DNA of 43,327 nt from a virus. The position numbers were made by a program, and so were the translations under genes. The notes beneath the pieces are model-generated. The model saw nothing but the letters and a program-made list of their open reading frames with translations, searched no databases and was not told the origin of the DNA. This document shows positions 17,439-23,753 of this stretch, in pieces; within the stretch, counting starts at the first letter, position 1, and the number at the start of each line of letters is the position of its first letter. The stretch is taken from positions 1 to 43,327 of the IMG/VR virus record IMGVR_UViG_3300045988_005956, one strand, 5' to 3'.

Positions 17439-17937
17439 CCTGCCTCCATTCCAGCGCCATACGCTCGAGTTCTTCCGGCGGGAGCGTCTCAATGCCCTGC
17501 TGTTTGCAGTCCTCAACGACCAGATCAATGAGCCGCGCCATCTGCTTTGTGTCGTAGGTACTTGAGCCGTAGTAGCAAATGACGTTCGTGCAGCCAGGAA
17601 TTTTTGACGCCATGACCTCCGTGCAGCGCCCGAGTCCGTGCGATTCCCAGTCCTCCCGAAATCGCTTGACCGCTGCGTCCGGAATGCAGATCGTATCGGA
17701 GTTATCGCCAACATCCGGGATATAGTGCCGGTAGATTTCTTCCGGCGGCGCACCCACCTTGACCGAAAGCTTATTGCAAAGCACCCATAGATATCGGTTT
17801 GCATCCAAGCTCCGCTTCTGGCGAAATTCCTTGATCGTGACCGTGTACTTCTTCTGCGGTTCAATCTCCCCGGCTACCATCTGGGCTTGTCCTGGCAGCT
17901 CCGGCCGGAGTCTCAGCCAGCTTCCCGCCGCGTCCAT
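17404..17937 (-). CDS. ninB: NinB/Orf-family recombination mediator
   Basis: KRSLDANRYLWVLC parallels lambda NinB RSLDQNRKLWACL. The start is at 17937. Confidence 0.65.
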   Translation of the reverse strand: MDAAGSWLRLRPELPGQAQMVAGEIEPQKKYTVTIKEFRQKRSLDANRYLWVLCNKLSVKVGAPPEEIYRHYIPDVGDNSDTICIPDAAVKRFREDWESHGLGRCTEVMASKIPGCTNVICYYGSSTYDTKQMARLIDLVVEDCKQQGIETLPPEELERMALEWRQDEERNEGDKDT

Positions 17938-17950
17938 GCTCCACGAAGCT

Positions 17951-18511
17951 TCAACTATGTTCAGCTCCCTCAACCGGAATGACCCCCTTTCTGAGACACT
18001 TCGCAAGATACCGAAGCCGTGGCAGATACTCGCCTTCTATCCAATCCCGATCATACGGTATCGGATGATATGACAACCTATCGTCCTCAATCTCCCGAAA
18101 CCAGTTTCTGTAGTCTTCCGGTTCCAGATGGTACGCAACGATACGCAGATTCTTTTTCGCCGCGAACATTTCAACCTGTGCTTGCATCCAGTACGCACGG
18201 GGCACCTTGAAGGATTCTCCCTTGTGCGTCTTTACCTCTGATATTTCCTGCGCGTCCTCGCCATCCAGGTTCACCCGAAGCCGAAGCCGCCGAATCTTAA
18301 TCTGCCTGTCCATCTTTCGGATGCCGATATGTTCCAGAATCCTGTGTTCGTAAGCACTTCCGGTATCCATTTCCAGTGTCGAAAAGTGGTCGCGGTTCAC
18401 GCCGAGCTTTTGCAGCCAAAAGCTGCGGAACGTCTTTGTGTCCCATCTGCCCATGATCGCCGCCGTATCCGACGCGCCGAACCACCCGCTTCTGTCGTGG
18501 TCGTGTATCAT
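17951..18511 (-). CDS. YqaJ-like (lambda Exo-type, PD-(D/E)xK) recombination exonuclease
   Basis: The N-terminus is RSGWFGASDTAAIMG, followed by the later D...E.K motif (NLDGEDAQEISEVK). Confidence 0.8.
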   Translation of the reverse strand: MIHDHDRSGWFGASDTAAIMGRWDTKTFRSFWLQKLGVNRDHFSTLEMDTGSAYEHRILEHIGIRKMDRQIKIRRLRLRVNLDGEDAQEISEVKTHKGESFKVPRAYWMQAQVEMFAAKKNLRIVAYHLEPEDYRNWFREIEDDRLSYHPIPYDRDWIEGEYLPRLRYLAKCLRKGVIPVEGAEHS

Positions 18512-19152
18512 AAGCGTTTCAGCGTATTTTCCAGATACTGAATGTTACCGAACGACGCCATCAGCTGATCGAATTTCTTCTGATTCAGCCCAAGCCCCGA
18601 GAGGATATAGCTCATATCCGCCCCGTTTTGCAGCTTCAAAGTAATCAGCTGCTCGATTCTCTGCTTGATCGCCATAATGCTGTGCTGGGATAGGTCATCG
18701 TCTGCGCGTTCCGTGTCCTTGTCGTTTAGCCAGAGCTTGAAGCCAAGCCCCGTGTGAATGGCCACGCCCTTCACAAACGCTCTCGCATGAGCATTGGAAA
18801 TCCGAAGCTGATTCAACGTGTCATCGTAAACCACTAAGGAACCGTTCATCAGCGGCATATCCATTCGGAACGTCTTATCGTCGATGTGGATTTCGACGGA
18901 AACGAAATAGCACCCCGTCGTTCTGCCATTCTTGTCATGGACTTCCTTTGACTGGAATAAGTACCCGCCAGTCTCATTTTTCAGCGGCACAAAGTAGACC
19001 TCGCTCGCCCCGTTTTCGTGGAGCAGCATTTTACATTTCGCCCACGGAAGATACGGAACTTCGATCGGCTTCCCATTGTCATCCTTCGCTTTCCGCTTGT
19101 CACAGAACGGCAAAACGTCGATCTGTACAAGCTCGTTAAATCCTTTCAGCAT
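18508..19152 (-). CDS. Single-strand annealing protein (Sak/Rad52-like, DUF1071-type)
   Basis: The motifs are PYLPWAKC... and ARAFVKGVAIHTGLGFKLW. It is adjacent to, and translationally coupled with, the exonuclease gene. Confidence 0.7.
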   Translation of the reverse strand: MLKGFNELVQIDVLPFCDKRKAKDDNGKPIEVPYLPWAKCKMLLHENGASEVYFVPLKNETGGYLFQSKEVHDKNGRTTGCYFVSVEIHIDDKTFRMDMPLMNGSLVVYDDTLNQLRISNAHARAFVKGVAIHTGLGFKLWLNDKDTERADDDLSQHSIMAIKQRIEQLITLKLQNGADMSYILSGLGLNQKKFDQLMASFGNIQYLENTLKRL

Positions 19153-19165
19153 ATTACCCTCCTTC

Positions 19166-19390
19166 TCAGCCGGGGCAGAACGTCTTCTTCTGATACCCCA
19201 GCTGTTCTAATATCCACTTTGTTCCCATCGTCTCTACCAGATCGCAAACGATATGATTGCCCGGGTCAAAGTTCTCAGAATCGCACACGAAGATATCTCC
19301 ATCGTTTCCGGCGAAGTATTCTTCGCCTTCGTAAATCTCAGCGCCGAACCGGTCAAACATACATTGCGCTTGCTGTTTATCCTTCATCAT
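19166..19390 (-). CDS. Hypothetical acidic protein
   Basis: The start MMKDKQQAQ... at 19390 overlaps the stop of the upstream gene. Confidence 0.5.
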   Translation of the reverse strand: MMKDKQQAQCMFDRFGAEIYEGEEYFAGNDGDIFVCDSENFDPGNHIVCDLVETMGTKWILEQLGYQKKTFCPG

Positions 19391-19595
19391 CCACCAACCT
19401 GTATCTGGCATAGCTCGTGTCCTCACCATACCGGTTCTTGCTCGTTTCCGTTTCCTTCTTGATCGCGTAACCCTCACGCTTGAGATCAAAAATCCTCGCT
19501 CCCAGACGCATACAGCTGATGTCCCGAATCGCTTCCAGCTGCGTAATGCTTCCGAAGTCGCGCATATATTGCAGGATTCTCTCCGTCTGCTTCAT
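19377..19595 (-). CDS. Winged-helix DNA-binding protein
   Basis: Translation is MKQTERILQYMRDFGSITQLEAIRDISCMRLGARIFDLKREGYAI... The start follows GTGGAGGTGAAC. Confidence 0.6.
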   Translation of the reverse strand: MKQTERILQYMRDFGSITQLEAIRDISCMRLGARIFDLKREGYAIKKETETSKNRYGEDTSYARYRLVDDEG

Positions 19596-19597
19596 GT

Positions 19598-19771
19598 TCA
19601 CCTCCACGCTTCTGTAAACACCGTCCAGAACACGATATCGCGGTACGTGACCTTCTGCTCCTGAGTCGATTCGGGCGGATTCGCGCATGTGTAGCGGAAC
19701 CACTCCCGCCATCTGTTGCACATGCAATTCTCCCCGCGCCCCTTCGTGCAGCTCTCACAAGGGTGCTCCAT
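19598..19771 (-). CDS. Small Cys/Trp-rich protein (57 aa), below the ORF-track cutoff
   Basis: The manual translation is MEHPCESCTKGRGENCMCNRWREWFRYTCANPPESTQEQKVTYRDIVFWTVFTEAWR. A GGGGG RBS lies 6 nt upstream. The ORF fills the otherwise empty gap exactly. Confidence 0.5.
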   Translation of the reverse strand: MEHPCESCTKGRGENCMCNRWREWFRYTCANPPESTQEQKVTYRDIVFWTVFTEAWR

Positions 19772-19772
19772 A

Positions 19773-20015
19773 TCATGCCCCCGTAAGCACCGCGCCGACG
19801 AAGAAGCACGCCGCCGCCCGGAACAGGCCGAAGCCCAGCATAACCGCCGTACCGCCCAGCAGCATACACGCCACAGAGAAGCAGGCCGTTTCCGCGATCT
19901 TCATCAGGCTCTTTTGCCGCTTGCGAAGCCGCACGATCTCATCCCACCTTTCGCCAAGCTCGCGCTCCCGCGCCGCCCGGTGGTTTAACTCCGTGATAAT
20001 TTCAACGTCACTCAT
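19773..20015 (-). CDS. Small membrane protein
   Basis: The start MSDVEII... follows GGAGGC. The C-terminal half is hydrophobic (FSVACMLLGGTAVMLGFGLF..FFVGAVL). Confidence 0.5.
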   Translation of the reverse strand: MSDVEIITELNHRAARERELGERWDEIVRLRKRQKSLMKIAETACFSVACMLLGGTAVMLGFGLFRAAACFFVGAVLTGA

Positions 20016-20820
20016 TCTCTGCCTCCACAAATTCGCCGCACATGATATTCTCCGGCTTGGTCTTCGCGATAATTTTTCTGTATTCGCTTGTGATTCTCAC
20101 GCGGAGGCCTGCGTAAATGCCAAACTCACAGCCTGCCTCGATGCCATAGCCTGCCTCGATGCCATAGCCTGCCTTGATGCCATAGCCTGCCTCGATGCCA
20201 TAGCCTGCCTTGATGCCATAGCCTGCCTTGATGCCATAGCCTGCCTTGATGCCCCAGCCTGCCTTGATGCCCCAGCCTGCCTCGATGCCCCAGCCTGCCT
20301 CGATGCCACAGCCTGCCTCGATGCCATAGCCTGCCTTGATGCCATAGCCTGCCTTGATGCCATAGCCTGCCTCGATGCCTTCGCCTGCCTCGATGCCACA
20401 GCCTGCCTTGATGCCATAGCCTGCCTTGATGCCATAGCCTGCCTTGATGACATAGCCTGCCTCGATGCCACAGCCTGCCTCGATGCCACAGCCTGCCTCG
20501 ATGCCACGGCCTGCCTTGATGCCCCAGCCTGCCTCGATGCCCCAGCTTGCCTTGATGCTTCCGGAAACTTCTAGCCGTCCAGCAAAAATGATTGATTTTT
20601 CGGTGATCAGATCGCCGTCGACCTTCCGGACATCATCCGTCCTGCCGAATTCTGAAAGCAGCCATAATCCGTAACTGAAATTCTTCTCCGCGCAGCAGTC
20701 CAGCAAATCCTGATACTCTACGCCATCCGGATACTTTTCTTGCGGGAATTCTTTCAGAAAATCCATGTATCCAGCTGCACATGCGCCTTTCTCCCGCAGG
20801 AGCTCCTTTGTAATTTTCAT
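20008..20820 (-). CDS. Hexad-repeat protein: a 90-aa unique N-terminal domain followed by about 25 x G-I-(E/K)-A-G-(Y/W/C)
   Basis: The AAGGAGG RBS precedes the ATG at 20820 (MKITKELLREKGACAAGYMDFLKEFP...). The reading frame was chosen by continuity with the non-repetitive N- and C-termini. Confidence 0.75.
   Translation of the reverse strand: MKITKELLREKGACAAGYMDFLKEFPQEKYPDGVEYQDLLDCCAEKNFSYGLWLLSEFGRTDDVRKVDGDLITEKSIIFAGRLEVSGSIKASWGIEAGWGIKAGRGIEAGCGIEAGCGIEAGYVIKAGYGIKAGYGIKAGCGIEAGEGIEAGYGIKAGYGIKAGYGIEAGCGIEAGWGIEAGWGIKAGWGIKAGYGIKAGYGIKAGYGIEAGYGIKAGYGIEAGYGIEAGCEFGIYAGLRVRITSEYRKIIAKTKPENIMCGEFVEAENE
20107..20562. repeat. Tandem 18-bp repeat array (about 25 units, consensus GCCTGCCT(C/T)GATGCC(A/C)(T/C/A)A on the plus strand)
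   Basis: The array is read directly. Units differ at essentially three nucleotide positions, and there are no spacers. Confidence 0.95.
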
Positions 20821-20876
20821 TTCATCCTCCTTAAATAATCTTCCTTGCCGAGTGGGGCTTTTCTGTTTGCTGCATA

Positions 20877-21274
20877 GCCTTTGCGTCTCTGAGCCCTTCG
20901 CAGCCCTGCCGCCGCTACGCATTGCTGAGCTTTACATTGCCTTTGCCATGCCGATCAATGCCCATCTCTGCCCTTGCCTGTCGAAGCAAAGCGCGCGTTA
21001 CTACGCCGTTGCCAATCCTTGCTTTACTTCGCCCTTGCCACGCGATCTTTGCTTTACTTTGCCTTTGCCGCGCCAGTCCAGGCCTCGCCGCGCGGCTCAT
21101 AGCCCTCGCGTCGCTTATCCTAGCCTTTCCATCGCAAAACATAGCATCCCATGCCGCCGCGAAGCCAGACTATTCTTTGCCTTTGCGAGGCACATCAAAT
21201 CTCTACAGTGCCGTTGCCACGAATTGCATAGCAAAGCCTTTGCGTACCCAGCATTGCAATACCAAGCCTTTGCT
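20877..21274. repeat. Iteron-like array: at least 10 copies of GCC(T/C/G)TTGC(C/G/T), including three about-25-bp units GCTTTAC(A/T)T(T/C)GCC(T/C)TTGCC
   Basis: Copies start at 20877, 20939, 20970, 21005, 21031, 21061, 21179, 21210, 21236 and 21266. The long units are at 20929-20953, 21021-21045 and 21051-21075, and the last two form a 30-bp tandem. Confidence 0.8.
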
Positions 21275-21381
21275 TCGCTAGAAGCGTCCGGCGCTTTCGA
21301 CGCGATGAAATCCCGCGCCACGTTCTCATTGCTCGGCCACGTGCCAAGCACAGGCTCCAAAAATGTTAATCTGACTTTCAT
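21115..21381 (-). pseudogene. Probable remnant of a conserved early phage gene. The N-terminal about 33 aa are intact, then the ORF runs into the repeat array.
   Basis: An RBS (GGAAGGA) precedes MKVRLTFLEPVLGTWPSNENVARDFIASKAPDA, which resembles the N-terminus of a larger Firmicutes phage protein family. The remaining 55 aa are encoded by repeat DNA and look non-protein-like. Confidence 0.35.
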
Positions 21382-21439
21382 TTGCGTTTCCTTCCTTTTC
21401 GTTTGTTCTTAGATTTTTGCAAGCGCCAAAACCGGATAC

Positions 21440-21682
21440 TTAGTAATCAAAGGAGTCCAAAAACTCCTCCCGCGTGATTCCAAGCCGCTTGCAAATTGCG
21501 ATTGTCCCTTTCATCTGCTCACCCAATGGCTCGCGCATTCGCTTTGTCAGCGTCGTTTTGCTTGATACCCCGGCAAGTTTAAGCAGGTCATCTAGTTTTA
21601 CGTTTCTCTCCTTTACCCTCCCATAAATCAGGCGGGACAGGTTCTTCGACGTATTGTCCCGGCTGAACTTTACCGCTGGCAT
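21440..21682 (-). CDS. Small HTH regulatory protein (DUF739-like; Xis-like role possible)
   Basis: 80 aa with LDDLLKLAGVSSKTTLTKRM. An AAAGGAGGG RBS precedes it. It is the second gene of the early leftward operon. Confidence 0.6.
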   Translation of the reverse strand: MPAVKFSRDNTSKNLSRLIYGRVKERNVKLDDLLKLAGVSSKTTLTKRMREPLGEQMKGTIAICKRLGITREEFLDSFDY

Positions 21683-21683
21683 G

Positions 21684-21878
21684 TTATCCCTCCTTTTTCG
21701 GCTTCAAAAGCTCGTCCACTGTGCAGCCGTACAGCTCTGCGATTTCGTGCAGTCGCGCCGTCTTCGGGTACATCTGCCCGGTTTCCCATAGATAAACAGA
21801 TGCGTCCGAAACCTTTAGCGCCTTGACTACCTGTTGAACGGTCAATCCAGCGGCAAGCCTCGCTTCCTTAAACCCCAT
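21684..21878 (-). CDS. Cro-like XRE-family HTH repressor
   Basis: 64 aa with LTVQQVVKALKVSDASVYLWETG. It is divergent from the CI-like gene. Confidence 0.8.
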   Translation of the reverse strand: MGFKEARLAAGLTVQQVVKALKVSDASVYLWETGQMYPKTARLHEIAELYGCTVDELLKPKKEG

Positions 21879-21905
21879 GTCTTTACATACCTCCTGTCTG
21901 TGAAT

Positions 21906-21930
21906 ACTAAGTTTTTCTTGACAACTTAGT
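21906..21930. promoter_or_regulatory. Operator-like inverted repeat ACTAAGTT-N9-AACTTAGT overlapping the -35 box
   Basis: The repeat is seen directly. Related half-sites (CTTAGT/ACTAAG) recur at 21437-21443 and around 22391-22435. Confidence 0.45.
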
Positions 21931-21945
21931 GAATTGTGCTATTAT
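21918..21945 (+). promoter_or_regulatory. Sigma-A type promoter TTGACA-N16-TATTAT with an extended -10 TGc
   Basis: TTGACA lies at 21918-21923, TG at 21937-21938 and TATTAT at 21940-21945. It points toward the lysogeny genes. Confidence 0.6.
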
Positions 21946-22030
21946 GAAAGTACCACCTATCATTATCCACAATCCGTTAAGTTGTCCGGGGCGTTGTTCT
22001 TTTCACGCCTCATAAGCCGAGGCATGAATC

Positions 22031-22252
22031 ATGTGCAAGTCGTTCAGAGAAAGAATCAGGTTGTTCCTCAATCGGAATAAGCGTTACAAGTCCATAGAAG
22101 AAAACGGTCTAAATGTGCTTGTCGAAACCGAAGGCTCGAAAGCACGCACGGAGAAAAGGCGGTTTCTTATCAACATGTTTTTCACCGTCGTATCTGCCGT
22201 CGCCGCAGTCGCTGCCGCGATATTTGCCGCCCTTACTTACATCAACTCGTAA
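22031..22252 (+). CDS. Small basic protein with a C-terminal transmembrane helix
   Basis: 73 aa ending FLINMFFTVVSAVAAVAAAIFAALTYINS. It lies downstream of the promoter at 21918. It overlaps an antisense ORF (22109-22354), so it is uncertain. Confidence 0.4.
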   Translation: MCKSFRERIRLFLNRNKRYKSIEENGLNVLVETEGSKARTEKRRFLINMFFTVVSAVAAVAAAIFAALTYINS

Positions 22253-22478
22253 CGGAAGGCAATGACCGCACGCGCAATGGAACGTACCGAACTCGTCATA
22301 TCCGCAGTCTGAACCAACAATCTGAAATCCCCATATATACTTGTCTTTCTTCACGCCATCACCTCACTTGTAAGTTTTGCCCCTCACAACTCTTAGTATA
22401 GTTAAGTATATACTAAAAGTCAATAAAAACTTAGGATTGTTAAGGGTGCTTTTTTGCCAAATTTATGAGGGATTTTTT

Positions 22479-23069
22479 ATGCAATTTGACGTACAGTCCG
22501 TTATAAGAAGAATAGAAATAAGGCTTGCTGAAATTGGAATGACAAAGCAAGAGTTTTACGAAAAAAGCGGAATATCGTCTGGTTCTTTCTCTCAGTGGAA
22601 CACGGGGAAACACGCGCCAAGTATAAAGAAAGTTCAACGTGCAGCCAGTGTAATTGGGGTAACGACAGAATATCTCTTATATGGCGTAGACCCAATGCCG
22701 GACTTTGCGGTTAAATCGCCCATAGTCGCACGAATCAACTCCCTGCTTGCTGCAAAAGGTATACCGAAACAGCAGTTTTATAAGGATTGCAGTATTACGT
22801 CTGCATCGTACTCTCTATGGAACACAGGGAAAACAAACCCTTCTATGAAAAATCTTAAAATTATCGCAGAATATCTCGGTGTATCCGTGGCAGACCTGCT
22901 GCCGGACGAGGACCTCGTTCCGCAGGAGGGCATAAAAAAAGAGCGCCCCGCCGATGGCGAAGCGCCCGATCAAGACATGCTTCTTGAAATCGTAAGAGAT
23001 AGTCAAGATATGTCTTTCCTGCTGAAAGTAATGGATGAAGTAAATAAGAGTATACAAAAATTGCAGTAA
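22479..23069 (+). CDS. CI-like repressor with two tandem XRE HTH domains
   Basis: The ATG at 22479 follows GAGGGA. HTH 1 is MTKQEFYEKSGISSGSFSQWNTGKHAPS. HTH 2 is IPKQQFYKDCSITSASYSLWNTGKTNPS. Confidence 0.8.
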   Translation: MQFDVQSVIRRIEIRLAEIGMTKQEFYEKSGISSGSFSQWNTGKHAPSIKKVQRAASVIGVTTEYLLYGVDPMPDFAVKSPIVARINSLLAAKGIPKQQFYKDCSITSASYSLWNTGKTNPSMKNLKIIAEYLGVSVADLLPDEDLVPQEGIKKERPADGEAPDQDMLLEIVRDSQDMSFLLKVMDEVNKSIQKLQ

Positions 23070-23078
23070 GGAGGAGCT

Positions 23079-23303
23079 ATGTGCAGTTTACCGCCGTTTG
23101 CAGACTTCTTGTCTCAGATCAATATGGATTCCTTTTCTTATGATGTCGCGCGGTTTTCTACGGAGGATTTGAAGAAATCTTCCGATCTGTTTACAAAGGA
23201 ACAGTACGCATTCCTGATGAAGTCATACAATGCTATGGCTCTTGCCCTTCTCCAAAGCTACCATTCATGGCTGAACGAGCAGCTTCAACAATTACATCAA
23301 TAG
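23079..23303 (+). CDS. Hypothetical protein (74 aa)
   Basis: A strong RBS (AAGGAGG) lies 9 nt after the CI-like stop. Confidence 0.55.
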   Translation: MCSLPPFADFLSQINMDSFSYDVARFSTEDLKKSSDLFTKEQYAFLMKSYNAMALALLQSYHSWLNEQLQQLHQ

Positions 23304-23469
23304 GCATACGTACTGGATTTCGCTTTGCACTGTCTCTTATGGAAATCGTCTCCTCTAGAAGTTCGCCCAAAAGCTTATCGCGCATTTTCTCCGCTCTTAA
23401 CAACTGCGCGAGGCAGTAAACGAAAGCCACGAGCACAGCGAGTATAAGTGCAATCATAATAATTTTCAT
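23233..23469 (-). CDS. Small membrane protein
   Basis: The start MKIIMIALILAVLVAFVYCLAQLL follows GGAGGT. Its 3' end overlaps the convergent gene 23079-23303 by 71 nt. Confidence 0.5.
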   Translation of the reverse strand: MKIIMIALILAVLVAFVYCLAQLLRAEKMRDKLLGELLEETISIRDSAKRNPVRMPIDVIVEAARSAMNGSFGEGQEP

Positions 23470-23473
23470 TTCG

Positions 23474-23632
23474 TCAGTACCTCCAACTTTCAACATTGAC
23501 AATGCTTAGGATTCTTTTACATTCTTCGTTCGGAAGCTGTTTGATTTTTTCAATCAGTTCCGTTCTAAGTTCTTCAATGGGCGCAATTTCTTCACCCTTA
23601 TTATAGCACATATCGTCCTGAATACAAACCAT
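23474..23632 (-). CDS. Small hypothetical protein (52 aa), below the ORF-track cutoff as an independent ORF
   Basis: A GGAGGG RBS lies 7 nt upstream of the ATG at 23632. Translation begins MVCIQDDMCYNKGEEIAPIEELRTELIEKIKQLPNEECKRIL... Confidence 0.45.
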   Translation of the reverse strand: MVCIQDDMCYNKGEEIAPIEELRTELIEKIKQLPNEECKRILSIVNVESWRY

Positions 23633-23692
23633 TTTGCGCCCTCCCTCTTCAATCTTCCAAATTTTATCGTTTCTTTTTGTATAATTTTGACC

Positions 23693-23721
23693 TTGAGACT
23701 GTAAAACTCTGGTGGTAAAAT
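23693..23721 (+). promoter_or_regulatory. Candidate promoter TTGAGA-N17-TAAAAT upstream of 23754
   Basis: The hexamers are read directly, and the promoter lies about 30 nt upstream of the RBS. Confidence 0.35.
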
Positions 23722-23753
23722 TGTTGTATCTTACAAAACCGGGGGTTCGTATC

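Noticed and set aside
17139-17864. 241-aa long form of the HNH ORF
   Set aside because: - The N-terminal 142 aa are Arg/Ser-rich and overlap the NinB gene in another frame.
- A GGAGG RBS precedes the internal ATG at 17438, which gives a normal 99-aa HNH protein.
20107-20562. Possible CRISPR array or other spacer-containing repeat locus
   Set aside because: - The 18-bp units are strictly head-to-tail with no spacers.
- They lie inside a well-initiated ORF.
- No cas genes or leader sequence are present.
19687-20574. Long ORFs in other frames or on the other strand across the 18-bp repeats (19687-20574 +, ACLDAI repeats; 20097-20507 -, ASRQAM repeats)
   Set aside because: - They are open only because the repeat unit lacks stop codons in several frames.
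- They have no RBS or unique termini.
- The minus-strand frame with the AAGGAGG RBS and non-repetitive N- and C-termini is the coherent gene.
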